A stretch of DNA of 59,071 nt, filler included, from Sphacelaria rigidula (lineage: Eukaryota): the NCBI GenBank assembly GCA_964200075.2. It is 6 parts of 6 records of this genome, joined end to end, with 100 filler letters (N's around TTAATTAATTAA, not from the genome) between each part and the next. Parts side by side here need not be neighbours in the genome. Positions count along the whole stretch, not along the records: positions 19,727 to 29,489 come from CAXNAA020007819.1; positions 29,590 to 39,350 come from CAXNAA020007820.1; 4 more parts are not named here. One strand, 5' to 3'. Below, piece after piece: positions 22,111-33,970 of this stretch. The translations under genes were made by a program, and so were the position numbers. Within the stretch, counting starts at the first letter, position 1. Every line of letters starts with the position of its first letter. The notes below the pieces were generated by a model. The model was not told the DNA's origin and searched no databases. It was given only the letters and a program-made list of their open reading frames with translations.

Positions 22111-22769
22111 CACATGAATCTTCTTTAAATCGTTCCTCTGTTGCTGCAGTAAACCTTGGTTCGATCGGGACTGTAGGTGGGACTTTAGGTCAGTCCTCTG
22201 TTCCACCCGCTCCTTCTCCGTCGATTAAGTGGTGGGGAAACGTAGCCAGTGGAAACACTTTGATTCCTGGGGCTTACATATGTGGTACAGGAGAGAATTT
22301 GGGTAGGGGTCTTTCTAAAGTTCCCAATGCTCCTGTTTTCTGACGGTAACGACGTGTCTTACCCCTCATGGTCGCAGAACCTTCTGTTGAGTGCCCGATA
22401 CAACAATCTGTATGAGGCGTTTGTTTCTGAAGCTGAATTTCGATTGCAGACATTGACTTCGACTTACCAACATGATACTGTTGTTGAAATTTTATACAAC
22501 CAGTAATCTAGCTGGTTGTTTCGTTGGGTTTTGCCTGTAACAAAATAGCGGCGCAATAGAATTTCGGTTTATAGAGGGCCCCAGTAATGACCCTGGGTGC
22601 AGTACTGTTTCAAGTGGATCCTTGATGGAAGATATCTTGAAGTCAAGAAATATGACAGAGAGGTGTGCAACCTGATGCTTGAGGGACTGTCGCACAAGTA
22701 CAAGACTTTGCGTGAAACTGTTGAGGTGTTCTGTTCGAATGACCCATCATTCATGGAGAGAAGGGTCAC

Positions 22770-24500
22770 TTGAGGGAGGACTGCCTGGCTCGCGTGATCG
22801 CTAATCCTACCCAGACCGGAAAATCCGAGAATGCCGAGGATGAGAACGGTAAGAGGTCTAGTTTGTTGTTTCTCTCTCAAGCCAGCTTGAACAACTCGAG
22901 GGATCTGATGTGTCTGGTAGCATTTTACGATGCCATGCTGCGTGAGTGCTTGTTCAGTGATGATGCTATTCGTGAATTCTCTTCCCTTGTAAGGAGGGAT
23001 AGGTGTGTCGAAGATTGGTATGCAGACACGGGTACTGCTTTACACATGACTGATTCTCTCTATTGTATGAAGGATGTAAAGCCTTGCCATACGAACGTGA
23101 AAGGGATTGGTGGCGTGACTTGGGAGGTAGCACTCTCTGGAACACTGGAGCTAGTGTTTGAGACTGCTGACAGCGAATTTTCCGTAGAGTTGGAGAACGT
23201 GCTGCACTCTCCCAACTTAAGGTATAACCTCTTTTCCCCCAGTGCATAGTTTGATGGCAAGTCATGGAATGGTCTTGGTGGTCCTGATGGTGTGATGACT
23301 GCTTACGACGGACATGTCACTTTTCAGAACTTCGATGGCATGCTAATTGCGACTGCGTATCGTCTGGGAGATGACTCTGTTGGTTTGGTGTTTGGCTGCC
23401 CTCACTCCTTCAAACCCCAAGCATGAAAAGAAGATGGATGTGAACGAGTTTCATAACATTTATACTCATTTACACAAGGGATTACGTCGCACTACTGTAA
23501 AACGACTAGGTACCGAGTTAACCGGTGACATGCGTGCTTGTACGGGATGTTCGATGTCGTAGGAAAGAAATTGTTCATGGAACTAAATGTGGATCGGATA
23601 AAATGTGGGGCAGAGTTTTTGTTGACGACACTTTCTACGATAGCCCCCCCCCAAAAGTGCATGGTTTTTGGAGGCAAAATCTTCACGTAAATCAAAATGG
23701 GAAAGGCCGAGCTCAACGAGAAGTTGGGAATTCCCACGCTTGGGTTCGTTCTNNNNNNNNNNCAATATGAGGCGCTTTATGCAGCCTAAACCCGAAAATC
23801 AGGCGCTGTATGGCCATTTTTTTCGTGACACTTTTGAATGGTTTTTTGGGGGGCTATCGTAGGAAGTGTCTGACCTGGGAGGGAGGAAGGACGTTGCGTC
23901 CGTGGGGGGGTAAACACTACCCCATGATTGTGAAGGATGATTTCACAAGGCGTGCATGGATGTATTTCCTGAGAAGTAAATCAGACGCTGGGAGTGCTTT
24001 TCGAAGTTTTCTTGCTGGTGTGCGTGCTGATGGAGTCCCATCATTGGTTGAGACTACTAGATCTGACAATGGAGGGGAAGTTTTCGAGGGTGAGTTTGCA
24101 TCCGTGTGTAATGAGCTTTTGATCAAAGAAGAGTTCACTCCAGCTTACAGTCCCCAATACAACGGTGTTGCAGAGCGTGGATTGGGATTGATTGAGGAGG
24201 CCGGTATAGCGGCTCGTATTCAGGCGAAAGTTTTGTTTGGGCATGTGCAGTTATCTACGACTGACAGACTCTGAGCTGAGGCAATGCATTAGGCTTGCGA
24301 GGCACTCAACCATACAGCGTGCTCTGCTAACCCTGACTCTAAGTCGCCGTATGAGATGTGGTATAAACCTCGTCCTGCTAGACCGAATACGTTTTTGAAG
24401 CCGGCTTACTACAGGTGGTAGCGACCGTCTGAGCTGCTACCGAAACGTGAGAGTTGCTTTTATGACGGTCCTTCTAGAGGCCACCCGCGTGATTGTCATG
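22770..24500 (+). pseudogene. pol: Copia protease, zinc-binding region and integrase
   Basis: WYADTGTALHMT, LENVLHSPNLRYNLFS; H..H..CTGC; VFVD|LGG, RSDNGGE, PQYNGVAER. Confidence 0.93.
23627..23870. mobile_element. 244-bp MITE with 4-bp TSD (TGAC)
   Basis: TIR GACACTT(T/C)CTACGATAGCCCCCC; TGAC at 23623-23626 and 23871-23874; removal restores GTT GAC CTG GGA. Confidence 0.92.
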
Positions 24501-24902
24501 GAGTACTTATGAGGGCTGGGACTATTCAGGAAACGAGAGATGTGACGTGGGAGGCGTTGCCGTCACAGCTCCCTCCACCGCAACCTCCCCTGCCGATTGA
24601 GATCGCGGAAGAGGGAGGGGAGGAAAGTGACGACGATGTAGAAGCTGACGTATGGCCGCTTGCAGGAAGGGGAAGTCAACACACTCGTATTCGTGTGAAT
24701 TGGGATGCAGTGTTACCCCATGGTGCAGGATTCAATGAGGTTGGCGATGTTGATGCAGGCAGTGTAGGCCAGTCCGCTTCTGTTCCATCTTCCCCCTCTG
24801 TACCGTCTTCGCCCGTGAACAACTCCTCTAGTCTAACAGCTCCCTCTGTGTCTTCTCCAGCACTTGAGATAGACTGGGGGGGGCAGGGAGGGTTGGAGAC
24901 AG

Positions 24903-27487
24903 CACCCGTGGACAGATAGCACCCTGTGGGGCGCACTGTGCAGGGTCCGTACAGGGTCCTCCACAGTCTTTGTGAAAAAAAACCGACAGTGAAATGCAAA
25001 ATCTGTACCCCTCGTAGCGTTTTGATAGGGGTTTTCCCCAGGGTTGGATTTGCAGCCCTGTGTAGGCACGTCGGCCAAGCCCTGCACAGTCATGTGGTCG
25101 TGTTTTGGTGAAAAAACCTCAAGTTTTTTTTTTTTTTAATCCAAATATTTTGGTACAGAATCTGTAAATTTATATATCTTTACTGGCTTGTCCTCCTGTC
25201 CGAGGTAAATTCCTCTTCACCATTTGAATCGAGCGAAAAGGAATTTATTTTGGACAGGAGGACAAGATATTCAAAACAGATGCTTTTCTCGCCCAATATA
25301 TTTCGGCAAAAAATGGATCTATTTGGAACAGCAGAAGAATCTGTTCAAGATCGACCCTTTTTTCTCTCGTTTTTGAGATGAGCGAGAAAAGGATCTATTT
25401 CGAACAGCTCTTTCTGCTGCACAAATCCCATGCACACTCGCAAATTCGGGATTTGAACAGCAGAAGAACGTCGAAATAAATATTTACTTTTCCCTCCACT
25501 TCATCCAGAGAATGGGGGAAAAGACATTTATGGCGAGTAGCGTCAGCTGCTGGGCAAATCCTGCATACTGCATCGTCCCCAGCGGATGGGATCCGACACG
25601 CAGAAACGGTTGCTGAAAGGTATTCATCCTTTTGCCCCCCAGTCCATGTGTACATGGGCTAAAGGATGAATAGCTCTCAACAGCTTTCGCTGAATAGAGA
25701 TCCCACACGTTGGATGCGTGTGTATGTCCACACTTATTCTTCGTCTGAAACCCCTGGGAGAGTGCTGGATGGCCAGGTATACCTCGTTCATCTATGCACA
25801 TTTTCCAGAAAGCCCCGTATTCCATCCTCTACCAACAGGAACCATGTGTAGAAAATACCACTTAATCAATCGTATATGAATAGTATATGTAGACCGTCAC
25901 TCCGTATGTTTATCACCGCACACAAATCGAACATCAATGAACGCACCCGCTAGCACAACAGTATTATTGTTCCGCCCAGCTATACCAACACAACCCCGCA
26001 GCAAAGAGCACGGGTTGGGCACAGGGATATAGACTCATATACACACTGCCGTGCGGGTGAATATGATGTATTTCTCGTTGGTGGAAACTTGAGCACCTTC
26101 TTATTTCATGGCGGTCGCGACATCGCGCGGCGACGACATACGCGGGGTGCGTATATAGGCGGATGCGAGGAACAATAATCAACCGGCCGCCTATATTATG
26201 CATAGCACTCAGCTGCGGACACACCGCGATATAACATAGTGCAGCATACAGGCCGCGTACGACATGCTGCACGTTGTTCAAGTCCTTTTCACGTCGCACT
26301 GTAGGTAGAGAACGTACATATACACTGTCCTGCGCTGTCTGTACTGTACGTTCCCACTTCCCTTTCACGCCCTACGTACTGTGCTGCAGCATGCAGCTGT
26401 GCGCGCGCAAGTATGCTGTGGAACGCGGCGCGTGAAAAACTGGAGTTCGTGACGGTATATAACACCCGCCTCATACATCAAAACAAGTTGCGCATGCACG
26501 CATCTACATTGTATATATAGCCAGCCATCTGCAGTACATGGCGCCGCACGTACAAGCATGGCGGCACAGTACACTATCCCGCATGCAATGGTATTGTACA
26601 GTCTAGTACAGTCTGTTGTTGTGAATATATATTCCCAGTACGCAGTATCAACCGCGCGATGAGATGCTTCATTATTCCCTGTATATTGTTTTAGTTTCGT
26701 CGACGCGGGACTACGGGTTTTCATCAGGTATGTGCATCTATTGCCGAGGTCAATTGCTTACCGTTGTCATGAGGTCAGCTGCAACAAAAGCTTGCGTGCA
26801 GTATGTGGGAGTTGAACAGCCGAAGCTGCTCGCGAGCAAGGTCTTTCTCCACCCAATTTCAGGTATTCTTGGCAGTGTACAAATCCCATCTGCTATATAC
26901 AGTGTATATGGGAGTATCTTTACATCTCAAGCTCTTCGGAATGAATCCTTTTCCCCCTATATTCCAAGTTTGGAATTAGGATTTATTTCGAACAGCAGCG
27001 GCTGTCCAAATTCCAGATTTCTATTATTCACTTGTGCCTCTAAAAACAATTCGGGGGATTTCAATGTTATTGACACGGACCTTCGAGGGCTACAAAATTC
27101 AGAAGTACAAAAAATCTAATCCACAACGACTACCACGCGTAGCTCCGCGTGTAACCGGTTGAGTATATATAACAATGAAGTCGAGGGTTCGATTCTCCGT
27201 CCAACCTGATCAGTTCATTTTTCCGCCAGTACCTTGCGCCCGCAGCAGCATGTGGAGGGTAATGTTTGTACGTAAACACACTGCACAGCTTTGCCAGCAG
27301 CGATGTACTCTTGACGGGGCGATGGGACCCTGTGATGCACACTATTCATGACCACTGTAGGGAAACCCTTTGGAGCGTCCTGTGCTACGCTGGAAAACAC
27401 TGTACAGTACAATTCCCGCCAGAAACACTGCGCAGGGTACATAAACCCTGTAGACCCCCTCCACAGGGTGCTATCTGTCCACGTGTG
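24903..27487. mobile_element. 2585-bp non-autonomous CACTA/EnSpm (CMC)-like DNA transposon, 2-bp TSD (AG)
   Basis: TIR CAC(C/A)CGTGGACAGATAGCACCCTGTGG; AG at 24901-24902 and 27488-27489; removal restores Copia frame LETGEVETAEPGG; ACCCTG/CAGGGT subterminal repeats. Confidence 0.88.
27135..27360 (+). mobile_element. Possible second tRNA-derived SINE family inside the CACTA-like element
   Basis: TAGCTC A-box-like start and GGTTCGATTC B box near 27186; single copy in window. Confidence 0.3.
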
Positions 27488-27724
27488 AGGGGAAGTAGAG
27501 ACGGCGGAACCGGGAGGTGATGATGAGGTAAAGTCGATTGGGCCGGGAGGGCATGGTGATGTAGAGTCGATTAGACCAGGAGGGCAGGAGGTAGAGGTGG
27601 AGGCACCTCCTTCAGCCGCTCGTCGTCCGCGGTATGCCGCTTGCTAATTTTAATACTGATGCGCGTGACAATGATGAAGTAAGAGAAGGCAGAGCTCGTG
27701 CGCAAACTCGTTCAGAATGTTGAG

Positions 27725-29355
27725 TCAGAGCCTGGTAGCTATCAAGAAGCCCGGCAATCAAAGCACGCAAAGAGTTCGGATGGAGCCATGTCTGCAGAAG
27801 TTGAAGGCTTGATGAGAGCAGGAATGTTCACGTTAGCAGTAAAGATCCCAGTAGGCTGTAATGCGATTAATGCTAGATAGGTTTTCAAATAGGCAGCAGA
27901 CAAAATACTGAAAATATTGAAGGCCAAGGCTAGGCTTGTAGCGAAGGGCTTCAAGCAGAAGTATGGTGTGGACTATCTTGAAATATTTTCGGTTGAAGAT
28001 AGTGAAGGCCAAGGCTACGCTTGTAGCGAAGGGCTTCGAGCAGAAGTATGGTGTGGACTATCTTGAAGCTTTCTCGCCAACTGCAAATGCCGTATCGATG
28101 CGATTGCTAGTAGCGTTGCCGTGCAAGTATAACTTGGAATTACTCCACTGGGATATTGAGAAATCGTCTGTTCAGTCGGAATTGGATCACGAGGTGTTCA
28201 TGAAGTTGCCTCCTGGCTGCGGTTCGATGTCAGGAAAGGTTGTCGGTTTGAACAAGATTTTGTACGGATTGAAACAGGCATCTAGAACATTTTACAAGAG
28301 GCTAGTATCGGACCCGAAAAGGATTGGTTTCCAGCAGTCTCTGTCTGACCCCTGTGTCGTTTCATGATGGGAGACGACGTGGTGGGTATGGTCGTGATTC
28401 ACGTGGATGACATTCTGTATGCAGGAACGAAGAGTCTTACCAAGGTGGTAGTGAAATCGCTAGGCGACTCTCTTCCTACGAAGAATTTGGGTGAGGTCAA
28501 GTTCTTCCTTGGTTGCGCATTTATTCGCGACCGCGAGGCTGGCACGATTGAGATTTCTAAAGAAAGTTACATCAGCAGTGTTCTCGAGAGTTTTAATATT
28601 TGTCGCACCAGCTCGATCCCTGCTTCCCTTGCCAACGATAACAGGTCCTTGATGGAGGATGAGGGAGCAGGAGATGTGCCGTCTCGAGAGGTGGTGGGGA
28701 GCCTGATGTGGATCGCCAACCAGGCAAGGCCCGGCATCTCGAATGCTGTGCGGGCGGTGGCGAGGCACTCTCACGACCCAAAGAAGAGCCACTGGAAGAC
28801 AGCCCAGAAGATTCTGAATTATCTTCTGGAAACGGCACATCTAACTTTGAAGTTCAAGCAGGACAGTACGGTAGACGTATTCACGTTGGTGTACGTAGAT
28901 GCTGACTTCGCAAGCAAGGCTACTGATCGTAGATCAGTTTCGGGAGCGTCGGTTTTTGTGGCTGCCATGCTTGTAGTTTGGATTTCTAGGACGCAGAAGA
29001 GCGTTTCATAGTCGACTTCTGAAGCAGAGTATCTTGCGATGGGTGATGGTGTGAAAGAGGCTTTGGTTGTGAACGGAATGCTTCAGTTCTTGAGGCCTAG
29101 TGTGAAGCCTCGTAAGATTAAAGTTCTTGAGGACAACGAGGGTGCGATTGCGCTTGCAGAGAATCCACTTAGTTCGTGCAGGAGTAAGCACATTGACGTG
29201 AGGCACCACTTTCTGAGAAATTTGACCGAGGAGGGTGTGATCGAGATCACGCATGTTCCCAGCGAAAAAACATGCGGACATCCTCACCAAGGCTTTGCCG
29301 AAAAATCTTTTTGAACTTCACCGTGACTTTACCCTTGGCTTGAGAAAAGACAAGT
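27725..29355 (+). pseudogene. pol: Copia reverse transcriptase and RNase H
   Basis: EPGSYQEA, KARLVAKGF, LYGLKQA, HVDDIL, YVDADFA, SEAEY, EDNEGAI, SKHIDVRHHF; ~65-bp duplication (27918 and 28003) and stops. Confidence 0.95.
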
Positions 29356-29489
29356 AGAAGTCTGAGTCGTAATTTGGTTTCTGAATACATGTATTTGGTC
29401 TGGTAGATACAACAGCCCCAAGGAAGGGTGTTCGTGATAGCTGCTGTAGCATCGACTGAGTTGTGTAGAACATCTGATTGGACGATTCG

Positions 29490-29589
29490 NNNNNNNNNNN
29501 NNNNNNNNNNNNNNNNNNNNNNNNNNNNNNNNNTTAATTAATTAANNNNNNNNNNNNNNNNNNNNNNNNNNNNNNNNNNNNNNNNNNNN
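29490..29589. other. Artificial contig spacer
   Basis: N + TTAATTAATTAA + N. Confidence 0.98.
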
Positions 29590-29612
29590 AGGGATGCGAG
29601 GTCAACGGTCTG

Positions 29613-31421
29613 ATGACTATGGCATGCATGACCATGAGTACACACCTCGAACCTGAGATATCGTCGGCCGGCGCTAGCTCAAGCTTGTGGTGTGGGTACA
29701 ATGGGTTCGATCAGTCCTGGGTCACGGGTCCCACTCAGGCAAGATCTCGCGAAACCCCTCGTGGTTATAGCTCTCACGGTGAACAATTGTGTCGTACGAC
29801 CACTGGATATGATCACTCTAGTATACCACTTCATAACTCAATCCGTGAACAGCTATCTTCCTCTCAGTTAAACCAGAGGGGGAGGCCACGTCCTGCAGGT
29901 ATCCACGTGCCGAGAGAGAAGCTGTCTCCCGGTCCTCGTGTTGCTGCCCCTGCGACCATCCATCGTAGGGTACATGTTAGCCCAGACACCCAAGTGGCGT
30001 CGGGCCCCATTGTAGTTGAGCATAGTTATTCCACTGTGGATCATGACCACAGGGAACCCTCGCTTTCCGTTGCTCCACGGGTTAGAGAAGGACCCCCGGC
30101 AGTGACCCGGTCGGTAAGCCAAGAGCTCGCACCGTCACAGAGCACTCCCGCGAACTTCCCAACAGCGACAGGCCACGACGGTACGCCTCAGGCATTGGAT
30201 GTGCCGCTACCGCCCTCTGTCCCCCCTTTGCCCCCTGAGCCAGCACCAACAAAGAGGTCGCGGCGGAACGTGTCGCGTACACGTGCTGTCGGCTCGTTGT
30301 CGCGTACACGTGCGGGTCCGCCATTGGCGACCCCACACCACGACAGTCTCAGGCGGGTCGCAGACGATTCGTCCCCTGTAATGCCAACTTTGGCCCCCGA
30401 CAACGTGTCTCCCGATAAATCTGTGGAGATCATGTCTGTGAACAATGTATATGTTGATGTATCCGACGTGCGTTCCGCTAATGCGGTCACCGGAACCGCG
30501 TCCGACGACGATAAGTCGTCGTCCTCTTTGCCCACTACTTTAGATGTTTCGGCAGGCACCTCGCGGTGCAGGATTGACATCTCTGCTGACCCTACACTTG
30601 TAACATCCACTAAGCCGGTAGTGCATGCCCCTCCTGCCGACATCACAGCCGGCCGCGCCTCCACCACGACGGCCACCCCTGATAGTCGCTCGCCCATAGC
30701 GGTCTATGAGATAAATAGCCCTGACGCCCCAACGTTGGAGACCAGCCAACACCCGTGCCCCCATCCCCAGGCCCCGCAGGACCACCCCAGAGTGTATCTG
30801 AATGCCATAGTCCATGAGGTACGTAGCACACATATCGATTCGTTGCCAGAGTTTGGTCCGGATCTCAAGAGTGGCGTTGTCGCCTTGGATGATGCGTTTT
30901 TTACAACCAGAGTTGGACTTCATAGTGGGTCTTGTGCAAGTCGTCAACTTATGGCCCTGGCACTCCCGGACTCAGGCTCCCCACAGACTTTTATCACCGA
31001 CAGCTGCTGGCAGGACATGAGTCATACCGGCGCGGCAGATGATAAATGTCTGTCCGCTGTCCCACCCCGCACTTTCGGCGGCTTCGGGTCCGGTCCCACT
31101 TTGAGTGCCACCCAGGTCGTGCGTTTAAGTGTTCAGTTCTTCAATGATGCGAAGCCCACGGCACAACTTTCTGTTTGGGCCTTGATTGTTCCACAAATTG
31201 CCATGGCGTTTGATGTCCTGCTAGACAGAGATAGCTGGTTGCGATTTTCGACACATACATGCACCACCGAACCTCCGTCGCCGCATTCACCCACGAAGGG
31301 CAAATTGCAGCTGGGCCATCTTGACGACCAAACCGGTGCCCAGGCTTTCACGCGCGACTCCTCTGCAAACCGTTTTCAAGTTGTGTTATGTGGGGGAGAC
31401 AGTAGCATCACTATCGCATGA
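29613..31421 (+). CDS. pol: Gypsy Pro/Ser/Thr-rich spacer and aspartic protease
   Basis: ALPDSGSPQTFI and FDVLLDRDSW motifs. Confidence 0.8.
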   Translation: MTMACMTMSTHLEPEISSAGASSSLWCGYNGFDQSWVTGPTQARSRETPRGYSSHGEQLCRTTTGYDHSSIPLHNSIREQLSSSQLNQRGRPRPAGIHVPREKLSPGPRVAAPATIHRRVHVSPDTQVASGPIVVEHSYSTVDHDHREPSLSVAPRVREGPPAVTRSVSQELAPSQSTPANFPTATGHDGTPQALDVPLPPSVPPLPPEPAPTKRSRRNVSRTRAVGSLSRTRAGPPLATPHHDSLRRVADDSSPVMPTLAPDNVSPDKSVEIMSVNNVYVDVSDVRSANAVTGTASDDDKSSSSLPTTLDVSAGTSRCRIDISADPTLVTSTKPVVHAPPADITAGRASTTTATPDSRSPIAVYEINSPDAPTLETSQHPCPHPQAPQDHPRVYLNAIVHEVRSTHIDSLPEFGPDLKSGVVALDDAFFTTRVGLHSGSCASRQLMALALPDSGSPQTFITDSCWQDMSHTGAADDKCLSAVPPRTFGGFGSGPTLSATQVVRLSVQFFNDAKPTAQLSVWALIVPQIAMAFDVLLDRDSWLRFSTHTCTTEPPSPHSPTKGKLQLGHLDDQTGAQAFTRDSSANRFQVVLCGGDSSITIA

Positions 31422-33767
31422 ACCCCAATCAGTGATGGTGAATCTGGTGCGGCGCAATGGGCTGCCAGCACTCACAGGAGAGTACTTGGTAGATTTCCTT
31501 CACTGCGATGGTTCGATAGATGGAATGTTTGGACAGGAGGATGTTTTCGTTAAGGGCGGACGCCAGCAAATATTACTGGCGTCTCCAGAGTGCGTTGATT
31601 TAGTACCCAATCAGTTGTTGGGGTATGCCTCCGCTCCCCTACTACGTGATCCTATGTCGGATATTTGCCCCCGCAACAGTACCGCTATTCCGCCTGACTT
31701 CGCGCCACATGCTGACTGTGATGGACCGGGATCAATTGACCCAATGGTAGTGACCGCGTCTGATGAAGATGCGGAACCGGGAAATCCCCAAACACTGTTG
31801 GATCGCTTACAGCCTGAGCAGCGGGCGAGTTTTGTGCGACTATGGGATGACGTTCCCTCACACCTTCGTCGCACCACCTTCAATCTGGACGATGAGGGTT
31901 GGACTCCAGCGGTCATCGACAAACTACGCGATGTCCTGATTCGCTATGCCGCGCGATTCTCCACCTCACCTCTTGATTTGGGTCGCTGCACGACGGGTCC
32001 GTTTAAAATCAATGTGCCGAAAGGAACGCCCCCCATCGCCACACGCCCTTATCGCACAAACTCGCTGCTCGCTAATAAAGTACAAGTAATCATAGATAGC
32101 TACTTAGCGACGGGGATCATTCGTCATTCGACCTCTCCTTGGGCCTCCCCCTTGGTTGTTGCTCGAAAGAAAAATGGCAAGATCCGCCTCACTGTCAATT
32201 ATCAACGCTTGAACGCGGTGACGACAGTTCCCCGCCTTCCGCTCCCCCGTAAAGATGAAATTATCGGCTCCCTTGGACGAGGTGAAATATTTTCTACATT
32301 TGATATGCAGTCGGGATATCATCAACTGGTAATGGACCCCGACTCCATTGAGATGACGGCGTTTTGCACCCCGCCTGGACTTTATGAGTGGCTAGTGACA
32401 CCACAAGGTGCCTCCGGTGCTCCCGGGGCTTTCCAACGAGTCATGTTTCGCGTCACCGATGGGCTTCCCAACTGCAAGATGTACCTGGACGATGCCGTGA
32501 TTCAGGATATTAACCCCGCGGGGCACGTAGAGCAATTAGCAATATGTTTTGGCCGATTCGAGCAGCATAATCTGAGACTTTCGCCATCGAAATCACAGAT
32601 TGGCGCCACGACCATCACATTTCTGGGGCATTGCATTACCCCAGAGGGTCGCAGCCCCACCCTTGACAAAGTTTCAGCTCTTGCAAATATGCTCATGCCC
32701 AAAATGTCCCTCAATTGCGCTCGCTGCTCGGCGGCCTCAGCTATTACCGCCAATATCTACCGAATCTTGCGCGCACATTGAAACCCCTCACCACTCTTCT
32801 CAAGCGAGGGGTGAAGTTCGAGTTCACCAAATTCATGGAAAAGACCGTCGGCGATCTCCTTGCCCAATTGTCTAGCCCTCCGATCCTTGTATACCCTGAT
32901 TGGGATGCCGCCGAGGCCGGTGCACGGCCTTTCCGCCTACACACTGACGCTTGCAAGATCGGTTTCGGCTGTACACTTGAGCAGGAGCAAATGGATAAAT
33001 TCATCCGCCCCATAGTCTATCTAAACCGCACAACATTTCCTAACGAACAAAATTGGAGCGTTATGGAGCAAGAAGCGGGCGCCGTTGTTTGGGGTGTTCG
33101 GCGTCTCCGTCACTATTTGTACGGTATTCCTTTCGTCATTTTGACCGACCACAAATCGTTGGAAAGCCTCGCGAAAATGGCGGAGCACAATGCGAGAGTT
33201 CAGTGTTGGTTTGAAATCCTATCTTCTCACGACTTTCAGTCGAAGTATCGGACCGGTCCGCAGAACGCCAACGCTGACTTCCTCTCGCGATTGCCGACAT
33301 CTGCCACACGGATTGATTCCTCCCCCGCGGGACGCATAACAGATCCTACGGAGGATATCTTTTACTTGATCAGTCGCCGTGGTCACCTTGGTCTCTGGAC
33401 GCCTCTCGTCTCCGATGAGACTACGGGTTTAAGCATGAGTGGGCTGGCACCTTCTGCCCCGATAAAGGCGTTAGGTGGCTTGCCCCCCAGATCTTTTCTT
33501 TCGGTGTTAAAAAGTGCCAACACCAACCCAAGTACCATATCCGGATACGACCTTTTCAGAGTGACGGGCCACTGCATCAATACTGCCGCTGACCCGGAAC
33601 TCACCGTCTCCCCATCTGTTTTCCCTGTACAAGTACGCGATCTCATTTCTAGTGGAACGCGAGGTCGCAGAGCAGCGGAGGCCGCCGCGCACGCCGCTGT
33701 TTCTGGACCTGATTTTCCCCCGCCTCCCCCGGTTCCGGTGCCGGCGAGTTTCCTCGCCCCACCCTAA
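31400..33767 (+). pseudogene. pol: Gypsy RT and RNase H (frameshift near 32705)
   Basis: SPWASPLV, FDMQSGYHQ, PQGASGAP, MYLDD; LHTDAC, EQEAGA, TDHKSL, NANADFLSR. Confidence 0.95.
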
Positions 33768-33970
33768 CCGCGTCGATACAAGCCAACGCCCAGGGCGGGC
33801 TCTCCCCCTGCTGGCCTGCCGACGATCGACGAATCCGCGGAGGACGATGCTCCGATCATGGACCTCTCCTGTACCAGTGCCTGTGATGCCCCACAACATT
33901 CCACTCCCAACGCATTTCTAGGAGACGCCGATGCTGCAGGTACGGATCTGTTGTCGGAACTCGCCTCCCC

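Larger units (their letters stand above)
21166..29489 (+). mobile_element. Decayed Ty1/Copia LTR retrotransposon with two nested DNA elements
   Basis: LTR starts identical over 56 bp (21166-21221 = 29429-29484); CA|TGGTATC PBS-like site at 21351-21359; PPT AAGGAAGGG at 29420-29428; PR-IN-RT-RH order. Confidence 0.95.
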
